Assembly: GCA_030390025.1 (NCBI GenBank)
Contig: CM059432.1
Span: 71,736,001-71,800,000 of the forward strand
Length of the DNA: 64,000 nucleotides
Reading direction: 5' to 3'
From: Squalus acanthias
Taxonomy: Eukaryota
Positions within the stretch are counted from its first letter, which is position 1. The number at the start of each line of letters is the position of its first letter. Below the pieces are notes generated by a model, which saw nothing but the letters and a program-made list of their open reading frames with translations, made no database searches and was not told where the DNA came from. Of this stretch, positions 13,182 through 24,722 are shown in pieces. The translations under genes were made by a program, and so were the position numbers.

Positions 13182-14089
13182 TTTCAAATAAAACTGTTGG
13201 ACTATAACCTGGTGTTGTGCGACCTCTCTATTTATAAAGCCCAGGATCCCGTATGCTTTTTTAACTGCTTTCGCAACCTGCCCTGCCACCTTCAATGATT
13301 TGTGCACATATACCCCCCAGGGTCTCCCTGTTCCTGCACCCCTTTAGAATTGTACCCTTTAGTTTATATTGCCTCTTGACGTTCTTCCTACCAAATGTAT
13401 CACTTCGCACTTTTCTGCGTTAAATTTCATCTGCCATGTGCCTACCCATTCCACCAGCCTGTCTATGTCCTCTTGAAGTCTATCCCTATCATAGAAAGTT
13501 ACAGCAGGAAAGGAGGCCATTTCTGCCCATCGTGTCCGCGCCGGCCAACGAAGAGCTATCCAGCCTAATCCCACTTCCCAGCTCTTGGTCCGTAGCCCTG
13601 CAGGTTAGAGCATCCCAAGTGCACATCCAAGTACTTTTTAAATGTGGTTAGGGTTCTTGCCTCTACCACCCTTTCAGGCAGTGCGTTCCAGACCCCCACA
13701 ACCCTCTGGGTGAAGAAATTTCCCCTCAAATCCCCTCTAAACCTTCCCCCAATTACTTTAAATCTGTGCCCCCTGGTTTTTGACCCCTCTGCTAAGGGAA
13801 ATAGGTCCTTTCTATCCACTTTATCCATGCCCCTCATAATTTTATACACCTCAAGGTCTCCCATCAGCCTCCTCTGTTCCAAGGAAAACAGACCCAGCCT
13901 ATCCAGTCTTTCCTCATAGCTAAGATTCTCTACTCCTGGCAACATCCTTGTAAATCTCCTCTGTACCCTCTCTAGTGCAATCACATCTTTCCTGTGATGT
14001 GGTGACCAGAACTGCACGCAGTACTCTAGCTGAGGCCTAATTAGTGTTTTATACAGCTGAAGCATAACCCCCCTGCTCTTGTATTCTAT

Positions 14090-14759
14090 TGAGAGGTCGC
14101 ACAACACCAGGTTATAGTCCAACAGTTTTATTTGAAATCACAAGCTTTCGGAGTTACTACTCCTTCGTCGGTTGAAGTAAAGAGATACAGAATCGCCAAA
14201 GCATATATAGATAGAGAACAATGCATGTGTACCTTACAATTGCAGACAACTAAATTAAATCATCCTGACTGTTTATCTGCCGAGGTGTGATAAAGTTAAT
14301 CAGGTCAGCCAGGAAGGTACCACATCAAAGACATAGCAAGATACAACTGAGACAATGAGGTGGAGTCACAGGGGGTCTAACGTGTCAAAAGCTGCCGTCT
14401 GTATGTAAAACGATTAACTTTAAAATTTTTACTTTTTTACTGGGAATCACATCTGTGAACAAGCCAACGACGACTCGAGTCCGGATCACGTCATGTATCG
14501 TGACATAAACCCAAGATCCCGGTTGAGACCGTCTTCATGAGTGCGGAACTTGGCTATCAGTTTCTGCTCGATGATTTTGCGTTGTCGTGTTTTCCTAAGG
14601 CCGCCTTGGAGAACGCTTACCCGCAGATCCGAGGCTGAATGTCCTTGACTGCTGAAGTGTTCCCCGACTGGGAGGTAACAATCCTGCCTGGTGATTGTTG
14701 CGCGGTGCTCGTTCATACGTTGTCTCAGTGTCTGCATGGTCTCGCCGATGTACCATGCC
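14090..14759 (-). mobile_element. Penelope-like element family B, 5'-truncated (GIY-YIG C-terminus and 3' end)
   Basis: ORF 14486-14737 TLRQRMNEHR...VGEHF...EQKLIAKF...GLN; 9-bp TSD GTATTCTAT at 14081-14089 and 14760-14768. Confidence 0.85.
14138..14175 (-). ncRNA. Minimal hammerhead ribozyme variant
   Basis: CCGACGA-A-GGAGT(AGTA)ACTCC-GAAA-GCTT-GTGA; core U-to-C change and one stem I mismatch. Confidence 0.6.
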
Positions 14760-15644
14760 GTATTCTATGCCATGGCTAATAAAGGCAAGCATTCCGTATG
14801 CCTTCTTAACCACCTGATCTACTTGGCCTGCTACCTTCAGGGATCTGTGGATATGCACTCCAAGGTCCCTTTGTTCCTCTACACTACTCAGTATCCTACC
14901 ATTTAATGTGTATTCCCTTTCCTTGTTAGCCCTCCCCAAATGCATTACCTCACACTTCTCCGGATTGAATTTCATTTGCCACTGTTCTGCCCACCTGACC
15001 AATTTATTGATATCTTCCTGCAGTCTACAGCTTCCTTCTTCAGTATCAACCACACAGCCGATTTTAGTATCATCTGCAAACTTCTTAATCATACCCCCTA
15101 TATTCAAGTCAAGATCGTTGATATATACCACAAAAAGCAAGGGACCTAGTACTGAGCCCTGCGGAACCCCAGTGGAAACAGCTTTCCAGTCACAAAAACA
15201 CCCATCAACCATTACCCTCTGCTTCCTGTCTCCGAGCCAGTTTTGAATCCAACTTGACACTTTGCCCTGGATCCCATGGGCTTTTAACTTCATGACCAGT
15301 CTGCCATGTGGAACCTTATCAAATGCCTTGCTAAAGTCCATATACACTACATCAAACGCACTACCCTCATCTACCCTCCTTGTTACCTCCTCAAAAAATT
15401 CAATCAAGTTTGTCAGACACGACCTTCCCTTAACAAATCCGTGCTGAATATCCTTGATTAAGCCGTGTCTTTCTAAATGAAGATTTATCCTGTCCTTCAG
15501 AATTCTTTCCAATAATTTTCCCACCACCGAGGTTAGGCTGACTGGCCTGTAATTACTCGGTCTATCCTTTTCTCCCTTTTTAAACAAGGGTACCACATTA
15601 GCAGTCCTCCGGCACCACACCTGAAGCCAGAGAGGATTGAAAAA

Positions 15645-16700
15645 TGATCCTCCTCACTGTTCACTATACTTCCAAGTTTTGTGTCATCTGCAAATTTTGA
15701 AATAGTGCCCTGTACACCCAAGGCCAAGTCATTAATATATATCTCAAGAAAAGCAGTGGTCCTAGAACTGACCCCTGGGGAACACCACTCCAGTCCAAAA
15801 AACAACCGTTCACCACTACTCTCTGTTTCCTGTCACTTAGCCAATTTTGTATCCATGCTGCCACTGTCCCTTTTATTCCATGGGCTTCAACTTTGCTGGC
15901 AAGCCTATTATGTGGCACTTTTATCAAACGCCTTTTGTACACCACATTGCCCTCATCAACCCTCTCTGTTGATTGAATCTTTTGATAAAGTAAGTTAGTT
16001 AAACATGATTTGCCTTTAACAAATCCGTGTGGGCTTCCCTTAATTAATCCACACTTGTCCAAATGACTTTTAATTTTGTCCCAGATTATCATTTCTAAAA
16101 GTTTCCCCACCACCGAGGTTAAGCTGACTGGCCTGTAGTTGCTGGGTTTATCCTTAAGCCCATTTTTGAACAAGGGTGTAACATTTGCAATTCTCCAGTC
16201 CTCTGGCACCACCCCCGTATCCAAGGAGGATTGGAAGATTATGGCCAGTACCTCCGCAATTTCCACCTTTACTTCACTCAGCATCCTAGGATGCATCCCA
16301 TCCGGTCCTGGTGACTAATCTACTTTTAGTACAGCCAGCCTTTCTAGTATCTTCTCTATCAATTTTTTCACCCATCCAGTATCTCAACTAACTGCTCTTT
16401 CACTATGACTTTGGCAGCATCTTCTTCCTCGGTAAAGACAGATACAAAGTACTCATTTAGTACCTCAGCTATGCCCTCTGCCTCCATGCGTAGGTCTCCT
16501 TTTTAGTCCCTAATCGGCCCCACCCCTCCTCTTACTACCTGTTTATTATTTATATGCCTATAGAAGACTTTTGGATTCCCTTTTATGTTAGCTACCAGTC
16601 TATTTTCATACTCTCTCTTTGCCCCTCTTATTTCCTTTTTCATTTCCCCTCTGAACTTTCTATATTCAGCCTGGCTCTCGCTTGTATTCTCAATTAATAT
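15645..16700 (-). mobile_element. CR1 family Y ORF2 fragment
   Basis: ORFs 15664-16296 (NYRPVSLTS, GVPQGS) and 16503-16709. Confidence 0.85.
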
Positions 16701-17555
16701 AAAATCCAAAACTAACTTGGTTTCAAAAGTCAGGGTATAAGAAAAGGGCTGATTCCTTTTGACCTAGAATTAATTCACGTAAAGGTGCTTGGATCTAAGC
16801 ATGAATTGAATTTATACAATAGGAGTTATAGGAGGTGTTGGGTATTTAGATCCTAGACAGTATTTTATTAACTTCTCATTAGCTTTCTGTGGGAGTGTAT
16901 ACATGTTACTATGATTTGATGCTGCAGATTCTAAGTGATTGTTCCTTTGATTATGACTGATTGACAACACAACCTTTAAGGGACTTACAGTATAGACATA
17001 AAAAAATTTCAGTGGTCTGCAGTTCTGGCACAGAGGCCAAACAGATGCTTAGAACTCCATGGGTGTTTAAGACTCAGCCCCCAAAAAATAAACCTCAAGA
17101 CTATCTACCAAGGAACAAGAGAAGGTTCATCTGATTCATATAAAATACTGTTTCATTCCAAGAAACTCAGATGCATTCATTTGTTTTCAGTCATGGAAAA
17201 CCCAACATTTGAAAATGGGGCTGATAGACTACATTTGGACATTTTCACTTCTCTTATACAAGTTTTGTGCTACGTAATATTTTGTGCACTCTTTGGTGTT
17301 GTGAATTAATTATAAATTAATTTTGATTAGTAGTTCAGCCTGCACAAAATAGTCTAATGTTGTTTTATAATTTCCATCTTCCAAATTGACAGGAGACACC
17401 CTATTATGATTATTGGCTTCTTTCTTTCTGACATGTTAGGGGTTATGACCATGTGTTAACTGAAGTGTCCTGGGCCATAAACAACCAGTTAAAGACCCAG
17501 CTTGTTTTGATACATAATAGCACAATATAAATGTAGGGGTAGATTTTCCTCTTTT

Positions 17556-17737
17556 GTGCTTGGGCATAAACCATTGCCTGGGCAGAGTATAAAAAGGAAA
17601 AATCAGTTGGGGAGCACCCGCCCATTTAAATGAATGGCAGGTTGTATTACACGCGTGATCCTCCCACCTGATTTTCCTCTTAGCACTCTACCCAGGCAAT
17701 GCTTTCCGTCCAAACTCTAGAGAGGAAAATGTGTCCT
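17556..17737. mobile_element. Short old MITE-like element
   Basis: Degenerate inverted ends GGGGTAGATTTTCCTCT / AGAGGAAAATGTGTCCT. Confidence 0.35.
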
Positions 17738-17904
17738 GATATGTCTAGCCACATACTGGAGGACAAAGCCATTCAACTTCAAATAACAGCATCCTATAGG
17801 TTTTGTTGGTATACATGTTTGATTTGCAACTATATTTGAGATTAAGAGACATATATTTAAATTTCCTGTGTCCCTGTCAAAAGTATTTCTTGATCTACCT
17901 TGAT

Positions 17905-19148
17905 TAGGCAGAGTCAACATGGTTTTTTGAGGTTGTAACTAGCAGGGTAAATAAAGGGGAAGCAGTGGATGTAGTATATTTGGATTTCCAAAAGGCATTC
18001 GATAAGATGCCACATAAAAGGTTGCTACGCAAGATAAGGGCTGGTGGGGTTGGGGTTAATATATTAGCATGGATAGAGGATTGGTTAACGGACAGAAAAG
18101 AGATGGGATAAAAGGGTCATTTTCTGGTTGGCAGGTGTAACTAGTGGGGTGCCACAAGGATCAGTGCTTGGGCCTCAGCTATTAATCTATAGCAATGACT
18201 TAAAAGAAGGGATCGAGTGTAATGCTGACAATATAAAGCTAGGTGGGAAAGTAAGCTGTGAGGAGGACACAAAGAGCCTGCAAAGGAATATAGACAGGTT
18301 AAGTGAGTCGGCAAGAAGGTGGCAGATGGAATATGTTGTGGGGAAATGTGAGGTTATTCACTTTGGTAGGAAGAATGGAAAAACAGAATATTTTTTAAAT
18401 GGTGAGAAACTATTAAATATTGGTGCTCAGAGAAATTTAGGTGTCCTCGTACAGGAAACACAGAGAGTTAGCATGCAGGTACAGCAAGCAATTAGGAAGG
18501 CAAATGGCATGTTGGCCTTTATTGCAAAGAGGTTGGAGTACAAGAGTAAGTAGACCTTCCTACAATTGTACCGGGCTTTGGTGAGACCACACCTGGAGTA
18601 CTGTGCACAGTTTTGGTCTCCTTATCTGAGGAAGGATATACTTGCCTTATCGGCGGTGCAACAAAGGTTCACTAGATTGATTCCTGGGATGAGAGGGCTG
18701 TCCTATGAGGAGAGATTGAGTAGACTGGGCCTATACTCTCTGGAGTTTAGAAGAATGAGAGGTGATCTCATTGAAACATATAAGATTCTGAGAGGGATTG
18801 ACAGAGTAGATGCTGAGAGGTTGTTTCCCCTGGCTGGAGTGTCTAGAACTAGGGGGCATAGTCTCAGGATAAGGGGTCGACCATTTAGGTCTGAGATGAG
18901 GAGAAATTTCTTCACTCAGAGGGTTGTGAATCTTTGGAATTCTCTACCCCAGAGAACGTTGAATGCTGAATCGTTGAGTATATTCAAGGCTGGGATAGAT
19001 AGATTTTTGGACTCTAGGGGAATCATGGGATATGGAGATCGGGCGGGAAAGTGCAGTTGAGGTCGAAGATCAGCCATGATCTTATTGAATGGCGGAGCAA
19101 GCTCGAGGTGCCATATGGCCTACTCCTGCTCCTAATTCTTATCTTATG
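17905..19148 (+). mobile_element. CR1 family Y 3' half
   Basis: ORFs 18128-18553 and 18566-19060; TCTTATG-type tail. Confidence 0.9.
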
Positions 19149-20047
19149 TACCTTGTTCAAAATGGATACTCCATCTACATCTACAGCGATCAGAGAAAGT
19201 TAATAGATGGCACAAAGACTGGACAGATTACAATGAGCCACCAGACAAAAGTTAATATTCATGAACTTGATCCTGGTCCAGTTCACATTGCAGTTTAGTG
19301 CAATGAGGAGGGATAGCTACTGTAAATCTACCGTGTGCGATTACTTCTGTTCAATTGTCCATTTACTGTTTTCAGTTTATAGCCTAAGCTACAGGCAGTG
19401 TGCAGTGTTTATGCTACTGCCCTCTGAGGACACATGATATACCTAATAAACCAAAATACAGTAACAAGGATTTTCTGTTTGATGCCTGAGCTTGTTACAG
19501 ACTACCAATTTAGCAGGTAAAGGCACGCTTTGAGCCATATGGAACGAAGAAACGTTTAGAAGAGTAGGGTGAGATGATGAATCCAAGAAAAGTATTTACA
19601 GTAAATAAAAAAGCACCAATCTGCAATTTGATATTAATCATGATCAATGTTAATTCTTACACCTGGACAACTGGAACTCAGTGCGGCAGAAAGTAATAGC
19701 CTCCCCGTTTCTGTTCAGAAACTGTTGTTAAGCTGTTTAAATGACAAAAGAGTACTGGAAAAGCCCTAACAAATCACGGAGAACTTTTAAAACTGGAAAT
19801 ATAATAAACAGCCCCTATATGTCATTAGTGGTTTCGAAAATGAATCCTTTTTTTTTAAACTGAAAGAACTCAGCATTGACTCAGTGGTAGCACTCTCACC
19901 ACCGACTCAGAAGGTTGTAGGTTCAGATATTAAGCACATAATCCAGACTGACACTTCAGTGCAGTACTGAGGGAGCGCTGCACTGTCAGAGGTGCCGTCT
20001 TTCAGATGAGACGTTAAACCGAGGTCCTGTCTACCTTCTCAGATGGA

Positions 20048-23028
20048 CATAGAAACATAGAAAATAGGTACAGGAGTAGACCATTCGGTCCTTCGAGCCT
20101 GCACCGCCATTCAATGCGTTCATGGCTGAACATGCTACCTCAGTACCCCATTCCTGCTTTCTCGCCATACCCCTTGATCCCCTTAGTTGTGAGTGTTATA
20201 TCTAACTCCCTTTTGAATATATTTAGCGAACTGGCCTCAACAACCTTCTGTGGAAGAGAATTCCATAGATTCACCACTCTCTGGGTGAAGAAGTTCCTCC
20301 TCAGCTCAGTCCTAAATGGCTTCCCCTTAATCCTTAGACTGTGACCCCTGGTTCTAGTTTTCCCTACCATTGGGAACATTCTGCCCGCATCTAATTTGTC
20401 TAAACCAGTCAGGATTTTAAATGTCTCTATAAGATCCCCCCTCATTCTTCTGAACTCCAGAGGATACAAGTTCAGTTGACCCAATCTTTCTTGATATGTC
20501 AGTCCGGCCATCCCAGGAATCAATCTAGTGAACCTTCGCTGCACTCCCTCAATAGCAAGAATGTCCTTCCTTAAGTTAGGAGACCAAAACTGCGCACAAT
20601 ACTCCAGGTGTGGCCTCACCAAGGCCCTGTACAACTGTAGCATCACCTCCCTACTCCTGTACTCAAATCCCCTTGCTATGAAGGCCATCATTCCGTTTGC
20701 TTTCTCGACTGCCTGCTGCACTTGCATTCCCACCTTCAGTGACTGATGTACCATGACGCCCAGGTCTCGTTGCACGTCCCCTTTCCCTAATCTGCCACCA
20801 TTCAGGTAATAGTCCGCCTCTCTATTTTTACCACCAAAGTGGATAACCTCACATTTATCCACATTGTACTTCATCTGCCATACATTTGCCCATTCACCCA
20901 ACCTGTCCAAGTCACTCTGTAGCCTCCTAGCATCCTCCTCATTGTTCACACTGCCTCCCAATTTAGTGTCATCCGCAAATTTGGAGATATTACATTTAAT
21001 CCCTTCGTCCAAATCATTAATATATAATGTAAACAGCTGGGGTCCCAGCACCGAACCCTGCGGTACCCCGCTGGTCACTGCCTGCCATTCTGAAAAGTAC
21101 CCATTTACTCCTACTCTTTGTTTCCTGTGTGCCAACCAGTTCTCAATCCACGTCAACACATTACCCCCAATCCCATGTGCTTTAACTTTGCTCACCAATC
21201 TCTTGTGTGGGACCTTGTCGAAGGCCTTCTGAAAGTCCAAATACACCACATCTACTGGTTCCCCCCTGTCTACCCTATTGGAAACATCCTCAAAAAATTC
21301 CAGAAGATTTGTCAAGCATGATTTCCCTTTCACAAATCCATGCTGACTTGGACCTATCATGTCGCCACTTTCCAAATGGTCTGTTATGACATCTTTAATA
21401 ATTGCTTCCATCATTTTACCCACGACCGATGTCAGGCTGACCGGTCTATAATTCCCTGCTTTCTCCCTCCCTCCTTTTTTAAAAAGAGGGGTTACATTGG
21501 CCACCCTCCACTCCATCGGAACTGATCCAGAGTCTAAGGAATGTTGGAAAATGATCGTCAATGCATCCACTATTTCCAAGGCCACCTCCTTAAGTACTCT
21601 GGGATGCAGACCATCAGGCCCCGGGGATTTTTCAGCCTTCAGTCCCATCAATTTCCCCAATACCTTTTCCCGACTAATAAGGATTTCCCTCAGCTCCTCC
21701 CTCTTACCAGATCCTCTGACCCCTTTTATTTCCGGCAGGTTGTGTGTGTCCTCCACAGTAAACACCGAACCAAAGTACTTGTTCAATTGATCTGCCATTT
21801 CCTTGTTCCCCATTACGACTTCCCCTGTTTCCGACTGCAGGGGACCTACGTTTGTTTTTACTAACCTCTTTCTTTTTACATATTTATAGAAGCTTTTGCA
21901 GTCCATTTTAATGTTCTCTGCAAGCTTCCTTTCATATTTTATTTTCCCTGCCCTAATCAAACCCTTCGTCCTCCTCTGCTGAGTTTTGAAGTTCTCCCAG
22001 TCCCCGGGTTTGCTGCTACTTCTGGCCAATTTGTATGCAACTTCCTTGGTTTTAATACTATCCCTGATTTCCCTTTTTAGCCATGGTTGAGCCACCTTCC
22101 CTTTTTTATTTTTATGCCAGACCGGGATGTACAATTGTTGTAGTTCATCCATGCGATCTCTAAATGTCTGCCACTGCCCTTCCACTGATAGCCCCTTAAA
22201 TATCGCTTGCCAATTTAACCTCGCCAATTCTCGCCTCATACCCTCAAAGTTGCCCTTATTTAAGTTCTGGACCATGGTCTCTGACTTAACTGTTTCCTTC
22301 TCCATCCTAATGTAGAACTCCACCATACTATGGTCACTCTTCCCCAGGGGGCCTCGTACCACAAGATTGCTGATTAGTCCCTCCTCATTACACAACACCC
22401 AGTCCAGGATGGCCTCCCCTCGAGTTGGTTCCTCAACATATTGGTTTAGGAAACCATCCCTTAAACACTCCAGGAAATCCTCCTCCACCGTATTGCTTCC
22501 AGTTTGAGTAGCCCAATCTATATGCATATTAAAGTCACCCATGATAACTGCCGTGCCTTTTTTGCACGCACCTCTGATTTCCTGTTTCATACCCTCCCCC
22601 ACCTCACTACTGCTGTTTGGAGGTCTGTACACAACTCCCACTAACGTTTTCTGCCCTTTGGTGTTCTGCAGCTCAACCCATATTGATTCCACATCCTCCA
22701 AGCTGATGTCCTTCCTAGCTATTGCATTAATCTCCTCTTTAACCAGCAATGTTACCCCACCCCCTTTTCCTTTTATTCTATCCTTTCTGAATGTTGAATA
22801 CCCCTGGATGTTCAGTTCCCAGCCTTGATTGTTCTGGAGCCACGTCTCTGTAATCCCAATCACATCGTATCCGTTAACATCTATTTGCACAGTCAATTCA
22901 TCCACCTTATTACGGATACTCCTTGCATTAAGACACAGAGCCTTTAGGCTTGTTTTATTAACATCCTTTGTCCTTTTAGACTTATGATTTAGTATGGCCC
23001 TTTGTGTTTCTTGCCTTTGTTTACTCGG
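20048..23028 (-). mobile_element. Young CR1 LINE, 5'-truncated just upstream of ORF2
   Basis: (TTTCTATG)n tail at 20048; CATA duplicated at both junctions (20048-20051, 23029-23032); clean insertion into the DeuSINE. Confidence 0.95.
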
Positions 23029-23031
23029 CAT
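20140..23031 (-). CDS. CR1 ORF2: apurinic endonuclease plus reverse transcriptase, uninterrupted
   Basis: 967-codon open frame with NARS, ITETW, GDFN, SDH (APE) and YRPVSL, DFQKAFD, GVPQGS, FADD (RT). Confidence 0.92.
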   Translation of the reverse strand: MPSKQRQETQRAILNHKSKRTKDVNKTSLKALCLNARSIRNKVDELTVQIDVNGYDVIGITETWLQNNQGWELNIQGYSTFRKDRIKGKGGGVTLLVKEEINAIARKDISLEDVESIWVELQNTKGQKTLVGVVYRPPNSSSEVGEGMKQEIRGACKKGTAVIMGDFNMHIDWATQTGSNTVEEDFLECLRDGFLNQYVEEPTRGEAILDWVLCNEEGLISNLVVRGPLGKSDHSMVEFYIRMEKETVKSETMVQNLNKGNFEGMRRELARLNWQAIFKGLSVEGQWQTFRDRMDELQQLYIPVWHKNKKGKVAQPWLKREIRDSIKTKEVAYKLARSSSKPGDWENFKTQQRRTKGLIRAGKIKYERKLAENIKMDCKSFYKYVKRKRLVKTNVGPLQSETGEVVMGNKEMADQLNKYFGSVFTVEDTHNLPEIKGVRGSGKREELREILISREKVLGKLMGLKAEKSPGPDGLHPRVLKEVALEIVDALTIIFQHSLDSGSVPMEWRVANVTPLFKKGGREKAGNYRPVSLTSVVGKMMEAIIKDVITDHLESGDMIGPSQHGFVKGKSCLTNLLEFFEDVSNRVDRGEPVDVVYLDFQKAFDKVPHKRLVSKVKAHGIGGNVLTWIENWLAHRKQRVGVNGYFSEWQAVTSGVPQGSVLGPQLFTLYINDLDEGIKCNISKFADDTKLGGSVNNEEDARRLQSDLDRLGEWANVWQMKYNVDKCEVIHFGGKNREADYYLNGGRLGKGDVQRDLGVMVHQSLKVGMQVQQAVEKANGMMAFIARGFEYRSREVMLQLYRALVRPHLEYCAQFWSPNLRKDILAIEGVQRRFTRLIPGMAGLTYQERLGQLNLYPLEFRRMRGDLIETFKILTGLDKLDAGRMFPMVGKTRTRGHSLRIKGKPFRTELRRNFFTQRVVNLWNSLPQKVVEASSLNIFKRELDITLTTKGIKGYGEKAGMGY

Positions 23032-24012
23032 AAAAGATCCCATGGCACTATTCGAAGAGGAGCAGGTGAGTTATCCTGGTGTTCTGGCCAATATTTATCC
23101 CTCAATCAACATCCCTAAAACAGACAATCTGGTCATGATTTCATTGCTGTTTAAGGTACCTATGTGAAAATTGGCTACCGCTTTTTCCTACATTACAACA
23201 GTGACTACACTTCAAAAGTATTTAATTGGCTGTAAAGCACTTTGAGACACACTGAAGTCGTAAAAGGTGCTATATAAAATGCACGCTCTTTCTAACGCTA
23301 CTGTTTTTAAATTTAGAAGTTAAATATTGAATAAAATATAGTTTTCATTTCTGCTTTCGAAACCTTGATAAAAGATCCCCAAATGGTAAAGGATTAGAAT
23401 CCAGTCTAATAGTTAATAAAAACTGAAGGAATTTTGTGCATGTGAATTAAGATTTATTTTGCACTAACCTGGTAATGTAATGATACATTCATGCTCAACG
23501 TTGGCAGGAGCAATTACCAGGGGAAAAAAATCTACACCTCTTCGCTCTGTAATCAGTTTGGGCCCCAACTTTGATTTACAGTAGCAAACTTTACCATCTG
23601 TGTGAAGAGACCCATTTACACCTTTAATGAAAAGGAGAACTTGCATCCTAATAGCACCTTAAGGGGGAAAAATTCAGTTGGTTGCACCTCCCGTTAGTGC
23701 CTTAAGAGGGCGCTAATGAGGCGCAAAGCAACTAGCGCCCGGGCGCGGCGATGTTTGCGCCGCTCGCGAAATTAACTGGACATTTTGCGGCGGCGCTAAA
23801 CACTACCGCCACGATCTCCTGCGCCGGCAGATCGTGACGTCAGTCGAGTGCGCAACGCCCTGGTGCGGATATTGAGTGGCGCCCCCTGCCTTATCGCCTG
23901 CCACGACAGGTTGAGGGGAGCGTTTTGCAGTCAGGAAGGGACTGGGGGAGCGCTATTTAAAGGCGACCGCTTCCTGCCTTTTTTTGTTGGTGACATTTTT
24001 GAACCACGCATT

Positions 24013-24053
<41 letters not shown>

Positions 24054-24304
24054 GCTGACTTCTGGAGAGATTCAACGCTGTGTGAAGGAGTTTTGGGTAC
24101 TGAGCAGCACTTTGCAGGTTCATTTTGAGTTGCCCTTCCTTGTATCGATTTAGAAGAGACTGTTGGGGTTGCACTCTGAGCTCTTTCCCTGGTGCTCTCC
24201 ATTGTTCTTTCCAGCAGATTTGATGTACAGGTCTCAAAGGCCAAGATTCAAGGCTGCAATGAGCAGGATGTGGATGGAAAGCAAGATCAACCCTCCCCTT
24301 TAAC

Positions 24305-24722
24305 GACGATAGCAAAATACTGCGGATGCTGGAAATCTGATAACAACAGAAAACGCTGGAAAAACTCAGCAGGCCAGGCAGCATCCGTGGAGAGAGAAAG
24401 AGAGTTAACGTTTCAGGTCGATGACCTTTCATCAGAACTGTGAAGAGCCGGAAATCAAATAGATTTAAGGCCAGAGTAAAGCTGGGAAAAGGGGGAGGGG
24501 ATAAAAGAACAAAGGGGGAGATGAAGAGACATTAAGAGACATTAAGAGATATGCAAGGCTAGAGGTGGTGTTAATGTGACAGATTAAGGCTGCAAGAAGT
24601 GTGAAATCCACTGGCAGAATGAAGGACAGCTGCCAGCTTCTAGGAGGAAAAGAAAGGTGGGGGGGGCAAATAAAAGGGTGGAAAAAATAAAATATAAATG
24701 TGATTGGAGCTGAGGTTATGAT
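24305..24722 (-). mobile_element. Penelope family A 3' non-coding fragment
   Basis: Homologous to 41450-41825; 13-bp TSD CCTCCCCTTTAAC at 24292-24304 and 24723-24735. Confidence 0.85.
24403..24439 (-). ncRNA. Minimal type I hammerhead ribozyme (family A)
   Basis: AGTT-CTGATGA-A-AGGTC(ATC)GACCT-GAAA-CG-TT-AACT. Confidence 0.8.

Larger units (their letters stand above)
13015..13225 (+). mobile_element. Non-autonomous Penelope-derived tandem repeat (128-bp unit, about 1.65 copies)
   Basis: Direct repeat starting at 13016 and 13144; TSD CTCTATTTATAAAG at 13001-13014 and 13226-13239; matches the 3' end of the GIY-YIG-bearing element at 14090. Confidence 0.8.
12400..13488 (-). mobile_element. CR1 family Y fragment carrying two nested insertions
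   Basis: KAYGILGFINR and IEYKSKEVMMNLYK join across the inserts. Confidence 0.8.
13489..15640 (-). mobile_element. CR1 family Y RT region, split by a Penelope insertion
   Basis: ORFs 14595-15620 and 13565-14122 join as ...SHGIEY|KSRGVML... Confidence 0.9.
19871..23292 (+). mobile_element. DeuSINE (SacSINE1-like), split by the young CR1 (segments 19871-20051 and 23029-23292)
   Basis: tRNA-like head; Deu-domain GTGCCGTCTTTCAGATGAGACGTTAAACCGAGG...GGACAT|AAAAGATCCCATGGCACTATT; L2-like tail AAAGGTGCTATATAAA. Confidence 0.8.

Noticed and set aside
13016..13225. Repeat-spacer-repeat pattern as a CRISPR array
   Set aside because: Eukaryotic context, only two long repeats, no cas genes; explained as a Penelope-derived tandem
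20114..22828. Plus-strand ORFs opposite LINE and Penelope ORFs throughout the window
   Set aside because: Antisense shadows of retroelement coding sequence
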